Source: a virus (Duplodnaviria; Caudoviricetes). Taken from it: a stretch of DNA of 64,000 nucleotides. The position numbers and the translations under genes were made by a program. A model generated the notes under the pieces. It was not told the origin of the DNA. It worked only from the letters and a program-made list of their open reading frames with translations, and searched no databases. Of this stretch, positions 48,836 through 57,454 are shown piece after piece. Each line of letters begins with the position of its first letter. Positions within the stretch are counted from its first letter, which is position 1. The stretch spans positions 224,001 through 288,000 of the IMG/VR virus record IMGVR_UViG_3300031088_000008; one strand, 5' to 3'.

Positions 48836-49204
48836 ATGTCCATCGCAGCAGACGACTACCAGAACACGCAGAACGAAATCGCACGCCGCAATTACGCGCT
48901 GACGACCGAAACGCACGACTGCGAGAACATGCTCCAGATCAAGTGCGGTGGCGAGATTCTCGTTACGGTCTGCCAGCCGGCTGGTCCGACTGTTCCCACG
49001 GAGTTCCTGGTTTTCAACGGTGATGGCCTCGATGCCGAGGACAACGACCTGACGGCCGCCGACGCGGTCAAGGTGTTTCCGGTTCGTCTGGATGTCAATG
49101 ATGCGTGGCGCCAGGCTGCGCGCTTTGGCTATCTTCACGCACTGGCCCGCATGATGACTTCGGATATTCGTCAGGAGACCGAAGAACTGCTGATGATGGC
49201 TTAA
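48836..49204 (+). CDS. Hypothetical protein
   Basis: Cassette promoter and RBS. Confidence 0.7.
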   Translation: MSIAADDYQNTQNEIARRNYALTTETHDCENMLQIKCGGEILVTVCQPAGPTVPTEFLVFNGDGLDAEDNDLTAADAVKVFPVRLDVNDAWRQAARFGYLHALARMMTSDIRQETEELLMMA

Positions 49205-49731
49205 ACGCCCATCAGCTTTAGCGTTAGGTCACGAAGCCGATACAACGCGGCTTCCTGATCTTTTCGCAACCTACGAGGGATACGGTCGGCAACGCAAATG
49301 GTGCCCACACTGTATCCCTCGCTCGTCGTCAGCGACAATCCAGAATAAAATCTCAGATAATCGTAGGTTCCATTGACGAATGGAAGCCCGCAGACCTGTG
49401 AGTCCGCTTGTGCATCATAGATGATCACGGGCTGGTCGGGGCTTCTCGTCAACAGGTTGCAGAACGTTTCCTCGCGACAATAGCGAAGATCGGGGTTGGG
49501 ACTGCCCGTTAGAAGTGCTTTGTAGATGGTACGTTCGTCATCAATCAAGCTGACGGCCGCGACGGGCGTTTCGCAGATCTGTGATGCCAGGGCTGCGATA
49601 TGTAGGAAGTGCTCGTCTGGGAGTTCTCCGATACGGTCCAAGATTTTGGTTACCGCACAGGCGCGGATCGTCTCGGCCAGTTCTTCGCTCAAGCCTGTAA
49701 CGGCCTTTGCGGTGTTCTCGAGATTGTCCAT
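49201..49731 (-). CDS. Stand-alone GAF domain protein
   Basis: A.QIC.TPVA.VSLID..R...REETFC...DAQAD...PFV...LRFYSG..L...G...GTICVAD..PR.L; GAGGAG RBS. Confidence 0.85.
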   Translation of the reverse strand: MDNLENTAKAVTGLSEELAETIRACAVTKILDRIGELPDEHFLHIAALASQICETPVAAVSLIDDERTIYKALLTGSPNPDLRYCREETFCNLLTRSPDQPVIIYDAQADSQVCGLPFVNGTYDYLRFYSGLSLTTSEGYSVGTICVADRIPRRLRKDQEAALYRLRDLTLKLMGV

Positions 49732-49868
49732 CGTTTTCTCCTCTTGCTCTATTTAGTGAACAAAAAATGTCCTGGTGTGAAAAAAGCGGTTGACGTAAAC
49801 CAGGACGGCATTAGGTGTGTTGAGGACAGGGCAGCAGTTGTCCTGGGCATAACGAGGAGATCGAAATC

Positions 49869-50186
49869 GTGTCTTACAAGAATCTGAACATCAATGCAGC
49901 AGCAACCCTGGCACTCGTCGGTTCGGCCACCAAGGCTCGGATTCGGATGCGCGGTGAGACTCTGCAGATTCGCTTCACCGATCGCACCTCGCTGGTGAAT
50001 CTCCCCAAGGACGAGCAGGTCGCCAATCTCTCGGTCAAGGGCAACGGTCGTCGGCTCGGTCTGCGGTCGGCATTCGCTGGTCACCTGGAAGCCGGCAGCA
50101 AGGTCGCACTGGCGAACCCCAAGTATGGCTGGTACGATGTCGTGCCGAGCACCGAGAACATCGCAGCTTCGGTCACCGCAAACTGA
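49869..50186 (+). CDS. Paralog family A protein 3
   Basis: NLNINAAATLALVG...KARIR..G..LQI..T.R.S.VNLPKDE; KYGW. Confidence 0.7.
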   Translation: MSYKNLNINAAATLALVGSATKARIRMRGETLQIRFTDRTSLVNLPKDEQVANLSVKGNGRRLGLRSAFAGHLEAGSKVALANPKYGWYDVVPSTENIAASVTAN

Positions 50187-50406
50187 TCGGCGGGGGAGGG
50201 GATGATCTCCTCTCCCCTCCCCCTGCATAGGAGAAACGTGATGGCAAAGCTGATCATGGTGACCAAAAAGGGTCGTCATCGGAAAGAACATACTTTCCCC
50301 ATCGAGTTCGATGCCACGCAGGATCCCATCGCACGGGCGGCGGCAATCAGCACTGCAACGGCCAGTCTCCTGGACCCCGTTGTCAACTGGCGGATCGAGG
50401 AATAAA

Positions 50407-50841
50407 ATGGTGTGGGCTGTATTCCAAGACCATCGCGGTGTTCTACATTGCGAGCGCGTCAATGAGGGAATCCAGTGCTGGACCAAAGTTATTCCGGTGC
50501 GGCCCGAGATTCGTAGCTTTCTGGGTCGTGTAATTCAAAAGGGCCGCCAGGAAGAGACGCTTCTCCACACGGTGTTCCTGGAAAAGTTCTACGATCGGAA
50601 GGACTACACCGACAACGCTTTTGAACCCGCTGGTGAAGGCTACACGCTGGATCCTATGATGCGCTACATGAAGACCAACAAGTGGGGTCCCGTGAAGATT
50701 ATGGCGTTCATAAAATGTGACACCACAGGCCAGATACTGCATAGTAAGTTCAAAGCCTTTGAGCCGTTCTCTGAAAGCCAGGGACCCCGGCCGGGCAATG
50801 ATCGACTGGTAGCAATGGTGCATCAGTTGTCGGAGATTTGA
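50407..50841 (+). CDS. Hypothetical protein
   Basis: GAGGA RBS. Confidence 0.6.
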   Translation: MVWAVFQDHRGVLHCERVNEGIQCWTKVIPVRPEIRSFLGRVIQKGRQEETLLHTVFLEKFYDRKDYTDNAFEPAGEGYTLDPMMRYMKTNKWGPVKIMAFIKCDTTGQILHSKFKAFEPFSESQGPRPGNDRLVAMVHQLSEI

Positions 50842-51027
50842 TGTGGACGCTTTCGTGGGACTTGCTTTCTTATTCGTCGCAGTTTGCATCGTGTGTACCT
50901 TTGTAGTCGTAGGCCTCGCCCTCCTCATTGGTCTCCTGATGCTCATCGGAAAGCTGATTGTCTGGATGGCCTACCTTGGTGTGGTGTTCATTGCCCTGGC
51001 ATTAGTCAGCTGGATCGCGGTTAGTTC

Positions 51028-51738
51028 ATGGCAAGTATTTCGCGACTACTTTTCATAACCGGCACGTTCCTTGCAAGCCCAGTGGCTGCACAGGAACTCA
51101 AGCCACTTTGTCCCGATCGTGGGGCGTTTCAACCCTGCACCGTTGATCCCGGACACATTCAAGTTGAGATTGGTCTCCTTGACTGGTTCCAGGATGCCGA
51201 TGATACCCGTATGATCGCCGATGCGGTTGTCCGGCTGGGACTGGATGACACATCGGAAGTTCAGCTGGCCATGAGCCCCATGGTGCGTAAGAGCTTTGCT
51301 CAGGGTCGTGGTGATCTCCGCCTAAGCTACCGGAAGCGTCTTGTAGAAGGCGACTTCAGCCTAGCAGTCCAGCCCAGTCTCCAGTTGCCAACGGGTTCTC
51401 AGGGGCTCTCTGGTGATCGGTTGATCCCCGGAATTGCCATTGGGAGCACCTACGATCTAACTCCCAGCACTCAATTCTATCTCACGCCCTATGCGGTCAA
51501 GGGTCAGAATCTGCTCGGAGGCACATTTCTAGGTGTCAATCAGATCGTCCATGGTCCACTGGGTGCTTCGGCCGAGGTGATGTTTCAGCATCAAAAGGGC
51601 GAAACGCAGAGCAGTGCGGACTTCACTCTCACTTATACAGTAGGTAGTAGGATGGAGTTCGACACTTCAGCGAACTTCGGTCTAACTAGGCAAACTCCCG
51701 CTGTTGAACTTGTAGTTGGAGTAACGCGTCGCTTCTAG
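51028..51738 (+). CDS. Outer-membrane beta-barrel 'transporter' (MetA-pathway-like)
   Basis: Signal peptide; LCPDR...PCTVDPGH.QVE; amphipathic strands; C-terminal Phe. Confidence 0.7.
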   Translation: MASISRLLFITGTFLASPVAAQELKPLCPDRGAFQPCTVDPGHIQVEIGLLDWFQDADDTRMIADAVVRLGLDDTSEVQLAMSPMVRKSFAQGRGDLRLSYRKRLVEGDFSLAVQPSLQLPTGSQGLSGDRLIPGIAIGSTYDLTPSTQFYLTPYAVKGQNLLGGTFLGVNQIVHGPLGASAEVMFQHQKGETQSSADFTLTYTVGSRMEFDTSANFGLTRQTPAVELVVGVTRRF

Positions 51739-51784
51739 TGTGAAGTGTGGGGAATCGCAGAATTCTGCGGCTCTGAGGAGTAGA

Positions 51785-51909
51785 CACTTACAAGGGCACT
51801 TACAAGGGCACTTACAAGGGCACTTACAAGGGCACTTACAAGGGCACTTACAAGGGCACTTACAAGGGCACTTACAAGGGCACTTACAAGGGCACTTACA
51901 AGGGCACTT
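51785..51909. repeat. Perfect 12-bp tandem repeat (CACTTACAAGGG)x10 + CACTT
   Basis: Directly visible; intergenic. Confidence 0.97.
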
Positions 51910-51954
51910 CAACATAGTTGTTGACAAGTTGCTAATTTCAGTTAGTTGATGTGC

Positions 51955-52025
51955 AGTTGATGTTGACCTTGGTTGGCCACTGACATCAGTATTCAAAGGC
52001 GGTTGCTTCGGCGGCCGCCTTTTTT
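51955..52025 (+). ncRNA. Candidate about 70-nt antisense sRNA
   Basis: Promoter TTGACA 51921 / GTTA 51941; hairpin 51957-51989; terminator 51998-52025; loop complementary to 52091-52102. Confidence 0.55.
51998..52025 (+). terminator. Intrinsic terminator
   Basis: ggcggttgc-ttcg-gcggccgcc-tttttt. Confidence 0.85.
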
Positions 52026-52158
52026 CTTGCCTGAGCACTCTTTTTCTGCTTGACGCGAGTAGAACACGGTTACATTAAGGACAGCGCAAGGTGGCCAACC
52101 AAAACACTTTGTAAAAAGTAAAGCAAGCAACGTGCTTGCTACAGAAAAGGTTAACGTT

Positions 52159-52761
52159 ATGAAGAACACTCGCTTTGAAACCGGCTGCAATCTCCCGGGT
52201 CTGGAATCGCTCGTCATTGGGCAGTATGGCGCCTCGCTGTCGAAGAACAACAACCAGACGCCGGCCATGATGGTGCTGCTCTTCACGTTCGATACTGCGG
52301 AGGAGCGCAACAAATATCGGTATGTTCGCATCGAACAGGCCGGTGAGGGATATCTGGCCCGCCTGATGCAGAATCGTGCTCCAGGCTATCTGAGCAAGGG
52401 AGAAACTGCCGCAGTAAAACTCGGCGACTACAATAACTCCACTCGCCAGGCGTCTGCAGGTCGCGCGCAGAGCTGGCTGGGCCTCGATGATGTGATGTCC
52501 GAAATGGGCAAGAACACTGCGGTCATCAGCTGCATCAGCGAAGCGTATGATGACTACCAGGGCAACGGTCCGGAGATGCACGTCTACTTTACCGTTGAAG
52601 CAGTTCGCAACGTTTCGGAAACCACGACCACTGAGCCGCTTCTGGATTCGCTCCCGGCTGCTGAAAAGTTCATCATTGACATGAGCCTCCCAGCCGACGT
52701 GATCGCAAAGCTTCTGGATGTTGCCAAGATCAAGGGACAGGTTCCCGAATACCAGTTCTAA
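52159..52761 (+). CDS. Hypothetical protein with a structured 5' leader
   Basis: Promoter TTGACG 52050; leader hairpin 52122-52140; AAAGG RBS. Confidence 0.75.
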   Translation: MKNTRFETGCNLPGLESLVIGQYGASLSKNNNQTPAMMVLLFTFDTAEERNKYRYVRIEQAGEGYLARLMQNRAPGYLSKGETAAVKLGDYNNSTRQASAGRAQSWLGLDDVMSEMGKNTAVISCISEAYDDYQGNGPEMHVYFTVEAVRNVSETTTTEPLLDSLPAAEKFIIDMSLPADVIAKLLDVAKIKGQVPEYQF

Positions 52762-52827
52762 AATCCTGGTTGACACCGGCCACCAGTCTGCTAGGACTGG
52801 TGGCGTAGGTGCAACAGGAGATCGAAA

Positions 52828-53076
52828 ATGGCAGCGCGTCTTATTAGCATGGAAGAGATGAAGTCGATGGTGGATCGCATGTGCGACCCCACGCTCGATG
52901 GTGAGGGTCTCATCCGCGTAATGAACGAAGCTGCCCGCGCAGTTGGTGTCGACAATCGCCGCCGAGTTTCCATCAAGGAAAACTCCCACCGGGTTGCGGT
53001 ACGCAACGCATCCGCAACCGGCGATCTCGCGGAACTCCGCCGACTGGCAAACAAAAATCTCACGGGCCGCCGCTAA
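52828..53076 (+). CDS. Hypothetical protein
   Basis: Cassette promoter and RBS. Confidence 0.65.
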   Translation: MAARLISMEEMKSMVDRMCDPTLDGEGLIRVMNEAARAVGVDNRRRVSIKENSHRVAVRNASATGDLAELRRLANKNLTGRR

Positions 53077-53449
53077 TGGAGGAGCAGATCAAAGCTCTGA
53101 TCACCAAGTGGCGTGAGCAGTCCGATTATAGCTGGAGCATTGGTGACGATGGTGCAGGTCGTGCATGGTCTGAAGCCGCTGACCAGTTGGAAGAGGAGTT
53201 GAACGCATGAAGGTGTTCGTACTCATGCGCCACTATCTGGAAGACTACAGTCATCCATTCAATGAACCCGAGCGCATCACGGAGTTCAAGGGCGTCTATG
53301 CAAGCCGCAAGGATGCCGACACGGCCAAGGATCGTGCCGATGAACGTGCCAAGCTGCCCAAGTATGCAAGGCTGCAAGAGCGCTACGTGGTTATCGAGAC
53401 GGACGTCCTCGGGCTGTTTCCCGAGGACACCGTGATCATGAGGCGTATG

Positions 53450-54079
53450 TCAGGCCTCTGAAACCTTCGCTGCTTCAAGTTCCGCAACAGTGATAACTCG
53501 TTCGGTCTTGACATCCTGCCCACCCCAAGTCAGCTTGAACAATAGGGCGTCCTTGGGGTCCTTGAAGTAAAAGTTACCGCGCGACCAGCCGCTCATCATG
53601 CAGCGTTCCTGGTCGTCGCCAAACTGTTCCTTGCACCAAGCCTGCATCTCACGAACGTTCTCGCTGCTGGTCTGCCAGTAGCTTAGTCGAGTGTGACTTA
53701 CCCGTAGGCACATCCTATACTTGCTGTAGAACAGTTGCTTTCGAGTGATCAGCTTGTCGTTGCTTTCCAGCATCTGAGTGTGCTCTTCACTCAGTGGCTT
53801 TTCCAGCACACTGATAAAGTCCTCACCAACTTGTTCCTTCAAGTATTCAAAGACCACTGGATCCTTGAAGAACACTGAGCATTGCTGGCTTTTGTGAACA
53901 TAGCTGTAGGTGCTTACCGTGCGCCAACCGCCGTCAGGAAAACGCTTGTTCAGCAGCCACTCCACTGTTTCAGCGGTTGGCTTGATTACTGGTTCCCGGT
54001 AGCCACTAGTCCTTGCATTGATGACCAGGCGGTGGTCATACTTCTTGTAATAGATCTTCTTTGTAAACTGAGTTTCCAT
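53450..54079 (-). CDS. Paralog family B protein (two-unit version)
   Basis: VFFKDP and WC...FYFKDPKDALLFKLTW. Confidence 0.75.
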   Translation of the reverse strand: METQFTKKIYYKKYDHRLVINARTSGYREPVIKPTAETVEWLLNKRFPDGGWRTVSTYSYVHKSQQCSVFFKDPVVFEYLKEQVGEDFISVLEKPLSEEHTQMLESNDKLITRKQLFYSKYRMCLRVSHTRLSYWQTSSENVREMQAWCKEQFGDDQERCMMSGWSRGNFYFKDPKDALLFKLTWGGQDVKTERVITVAELEAAKVSEA

Positions 54080-54087
54080 CGAGCCTC

Positions 54088-54348
54088 CTACAGCGACAAA
54101 CGTAAAAGCGTCGCGTCTCGATCGTCGTAGGCTATGATGTGGGCTTCCAGATCAGTCTTCCCATAGACATCACTGGGAAAGAACTTGGGATACCAAGCTA
54201 CTGGTTTGTTCCACTTGGTGTCTTTGAGCCTCGTTATCAGCTCTACATATTCCTCGCCGTCCACGTCAATAATCCAGTGGTGGGCGGTCTCGTTGCCATA
54301 TGCAAACGCAAGGGTGCTACCAGGTTCGGCATAGGTCTTGATCTTCAT
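54088..54348 (-). CDS. Paralog family B protein
   Basis: Ends AYDDRDATLLRLSL. Confidence 0.65.
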   Translation of the reverse strand: MKIKTYAEPGSTLAFAYGNETAHHWIIDVDGEEYVELITRLKDTKWNKPVAWYPKFFPSDVYGKTDLEAHIIAYDDRDATLLRLSL

Positions 54349-54387
54349 GCAGTGACATTACGCGGGCATAACCCTGCGCGTCACTAT

Positions 54388-54699
54388 TCACATGGACAGT
54401 TTGAACCGGAGCGCGTCACCGGGATCTTTGAAGCAGAACTTCTTCTCGTGGATGATCGTCATGTTGCTGACAACCGAGGACTTCTTGCCTTGCTTGATCA
54501 TGGACAAGATAAAGGAAGTCATGTTGCCACTAGCGGGAGAACCATCGGGCAGGAATGCCTTGGTGACCACTGGATAGTCCATTACCCACATGGTCGCACT
54601 GGTCTTGACCCATTGCTCAGCTTTAGCGATCTCTTCCGCGGATCCTTCGATGTGGATCCACGTGAGCTCGTCCACCTTTTGCATCCGGGTAAAGCGCAT
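54388..54699 (-). CDS. Paralog family B protein
   Basis: Ends FCFKDPGDALRFKLSM. Confidence 0.7.
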   Translation of the reverse strand: MRFTRMQKVDELTWIHIEGSAEEIAKAEQWVKTSATMWVMDYPVVTKAFLPDGSPASGNMTSFILSMIKQGKKSSVVSNMTIIHEKKFCFKDPGDALRFKLSM

Positions 54700-54959
54700 C
54701 AGTAACTCAACTTGAAGAGAGTGGCGTCCTGTTTGCAGTAAAAGACGAATGCCATGTAGTGAGGACGATCAGCAAACGGTCCCGAGTAGTCGTGGCGACC
54801 ACTGCTGGGCTCGGCTAGACCCACTTCCACCTTTTCGGACCACTGGCGCCCAAGGACTTGTTCCTTTACGGATTCCAGATCGCGCATCGTGCCCTCGCAC
54901 CATACCCAAGTGGATCCGTCGTTGGACCAGTTGCTCATCGTGCTTTTGAAAGTGACCAC
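54699..54959 (-). CDS. Paralog family B protein
   Basis: Ends FYCKQDATLFKLSY. Confidence 0.7.
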   Translation of the reverse strand: MVTFKSTMSNWSNDGSTWVWCEGTMRDLESVKEQVLGRQWSEKVEVGLAEPSSGRHDYSGPFADRPHYMAFVFYCKQDATLFKLSY

Positions 54960-55036
54960 AGATGCTTCTTCCGTTACTCAAATGGGTGGGGAGCAACCCT
55001 CGCTGCTCCCCTTGGTCTTGACGTTTCCTTGACTGC

Positions 55037-56305
55037 TTACCAGTCGGAGCCACCACCGCCACCGCCCGAAGAGCCACCGCTGTCGTAGCTGGGTGAAGGG
55101 CTGGAGTAGTCGCTGCTGGACGACGAGCTGCTACCACCCCAGCTGGAACTGCTCGAACTTGCTGCTGCGGCAGCCGCTGCATCACGCGACCGGCGATCAT
55201 CGTCATCGCGCTGGCGCTGGCGGCGATCCTCGTCATCACGATCCTGCTGGCGCTTTCGGTCGCGTCGCCGCTGTTCCTCGGCCGCCGCTGCCAGTGCTGC
55301 CGCTGATGGCCCAGTATCGCGCTTGGGAGGAGCGGGTGGCGGGCTGTAGTTGCGCGCTGCCGTTGGCGTCCTGCCGACCGACGGCGAGGGCTTGGTGAAC
55401 GTTTCCCGAACTCGCTCCACGACCGTTGGCTTGGGCTTTGCTGCCTCGGCTGCACGAGCGGCCGCTGCGATTGCCTCATCCTTTTTGCGCTGAATGTCCC
55501 GCGCTACGGATGCCAGCTTGTACTGGACTGTTTCATTGCTGGGATCGAGTTCCAGCGCCTGCTGGTACTTGAGTTGTGCGTTGATCAGGTCGTCCCTGTA
55601 TTCATAAGTCTTGCCATCGCTGATCAGACCGTTGATGCGGAGCAGAAGCGCCTTGGCCTTTAGATGCTTGGGACGCTGGATGAACAAGTAGAATGCCAGC
55701 CAGGCCAGACCGAGGACCAGGAAGATCGCCAGAATGGTAAGCCACGTGTCGCTGCTCTCGGCCTTTTCCACCGCCGTCTGCGTACCAGGAGCCGTTGCTG
55801 CCAGCTGCTGGGGCGTGACCACTTCCTTGGTGATCGTCGTGCCGATTTGATCGACGCCTTGGCTGATTGCTGCCCCGTAGTCGCCGGCCTTCATCACCGG
55901 CTTCATCGCCTCTGTGATCTCCACCGACCTAGCATCCGTGAGCTCGCCTTCCAGACCATAGCCGGGAACGATCTGGAGCCGCCGTGGATTGCTCATGCTG
56001 ACCAGAAGCAGGACGCCATCGTTTCGCGTCCGGTTGCCGATCTTATAGTAGCGGAAGGCGTTGTTGCCGTACTCGACGCCACTGTAACCCTCCATCGTGG
56101 GAGTGGTCAGAACGACGATGTGGTGATGAGTCGCGTCATAGATCTGCCGCGTCTGCGCCTCGAGAGCAGCTTCCTGCGCGTCATCGAGGATGTTGGCTCC
56201 ATCGACCACACTTTTGGTGGGATCAAGGGGCGGGGGATTGGGGATTTCAGCAAAGGCCGGCGTCGTCAGCGCGAGCGCGGCCATTGCAAGTAGAATCCGC
56301 TTCAT
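55037..56305 (-). CDS. TPM-domain membrane protein with TPR-like helix and Gly/Ser tail
   Basis: Signal peptide; VVDGANIL...IG...NDGVLLLVS...GYGLEGELTD; TM; YQQALELDPSN; ends GGGGGGSDW. Confidence 0.85.
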   Translation of the reverse strand: MKRILLAMAALALTTPAFAEIPNPPPLDPTKSVVDGANILDDAQEAALEAQTRQIYDATHHHIVVLTTPTMEGYSGVEYGNNAFRYYKIGNRTRNDGVLLLVSMSNPRRLQIVPGYGLEGELTDARSVEITEAMKPVMKAGDYGAAISQGVDQIGTTITKEVVTPQQLAATAPGTQTAVEKAESSDTWLTILAIFLVLGLAWLAFYLFIQRPKHLKAKALLLRINGLISDGKTYEYRDDLINAQLKYQQALELDPSNETVQYKLASVARDIQRKKDEAIAAAARAAEAAKPKPTVVERVRETFTKPSPSVGRTPTAARNYSPPPAPPKRDTGPSAAALAAAAEEQRRRDRKRQQDRDDEDRRQRQRDDDDRRSRDAAAAAAASSSSSSWGGSSSSSSSDYSSPSPSYDSGGSSGGGGGGSDW

Positions 56306-56367
56306 AGTGGTCTCCTGGTTGCCTAACTGTAACCAGCATTAGCACCAGGGTTCCACAAATCAACCGC

Positions 56368-56595
56368 TTATATGATAGCCAGACGAAACATCATCGCTTC
56401 CTTGGGATCCGTGAAGCTGTAGCTGGTCTGGAAGGTTTGCACACCATCTTTGAGTATGGCTAACAATGGATTGCCCGCTATCATGCTCATTGAGATCTTC
56501 CAGAAGCGTTGTTCCAACTCCTCTAGTTCCTCCCGCGAGCCACGTACTTTGAAAACGTGGTCGGGTGGATTCTCAAAATAGTGGGCAAGTTCCAT
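56368..56595 (-). CDS. Paralog family B protein
   Basis: Ends YSFTDPKEAMMFRLAII. Confidence 0.65.
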   Translation of the reverse strand: MELAHYFENPPDHVFKVRGSREELEELEQRFWKISMSMIAGNPLLAILKDGVQTFQTSYSFTDPKEAMMFRLAII

Positions 56596-56860
56596 TAGTC
56601 CCTGGGCTCCATGTATTCGGGACGGAGAACGATGATTTCCACACCATGCTTGTGGTTGTTCATATGGTGATGGTCCCACTTTTCCAGAATCTTTGCAGAT
56701 TCCTTCAAGTGCTTGGCAATCTTGCGGAGCATCTTGGGGTCAGCGAGAAAGCAAACCTCCTCCAGTTCAACTGGCTTGATGCCCTCTTCGCTGTCGCTGG
56801 TCCCAACGACATTGCCCCAGGCTTTCAGCGGTAGTCGTTCGGCCTTTTTCTTCTTGCCCA

Positions 56861-57454
56861 TTATGCTTCCTTCGTAAGTGGGGCCAACGTGTCGCGCATC
56901 AGAGCTGAAAGGGTATCCAGTTCCAAGACCGTTTGTATTGCGGACATGAGTTGACTCTTCAGGTCAACTATCTCCTGTGCCTTAAGCTGGGAGTTGGTTT
57001 TTTCCTCCTCCCACCATTTTTTATATCGCGCGACCAGAGCTGTCTGCTCATTTGTGTCAGCCTTATGAAGGGCTCGAAGTTCCTCGAGTGTGTGGGGAAC
57101 TTCTACATCGAGGCCTCCGATGCGAACCTGAGGAATGCCATCTTTATTCCTACCATTTTCGATAATATGATAGGCATCGAAAACGTAATGATCTAGCTTC
57201 TGGTTGGCCATATCAACGATTTTCCATTCGTTGATACACCATCTGCGATTTACTTCTCGGACGTAGACATTGCTACTGTACTGACCTGGCCACCTAATAC
57301 CCAGACCTGGCCGACCTGGCCAACCACCAACCTTCCGAATAAATCCGGCAAAGTGAAATTCATCTAAGGCAGCTTCTGGAGTAATCGCAAAATATAATCT
57401 GCGATCTCCCTTGGTGTTGGTGCACTCATATAGCTTGAACTCTTTGTCAGCCAT
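56861..57454 (-). CDS. Hypothetical protein
   Basis: Coupled ORF; lower GC than neighbours. Confidence 0.65.
   Translation of the reverse strand: MADKEFKLYECTNTKGDRRLYFAITPEAALDEFHFAGFIRKVGGWPGRPGLGIRWPGQYSSNVYVREVNRRWCINEWKIVDMANQKLDHYVFDAYHIIENGRNKDGIPQVRIGGLDVEVPHTLEELRALHKADTNEQTALVARYKKWWEEEKTNSQLKAQEIVDLKSQLMSAIQTVLELDTLSALMRDTLAPLTKEA

Noticed and set aside
51785-51909. Possible CRISPR array
   Set aside because: No spacers, unit too short, no cas genes in the window
51682-52038. ORFs with (HLQG)n (51740-51949 +) and (CKCP)n (51682-52038 -)
   Set aside because: By-products of the stop-free 12-bp repeat; no synonymous variation or RBS; they overlap a promoter and terminator
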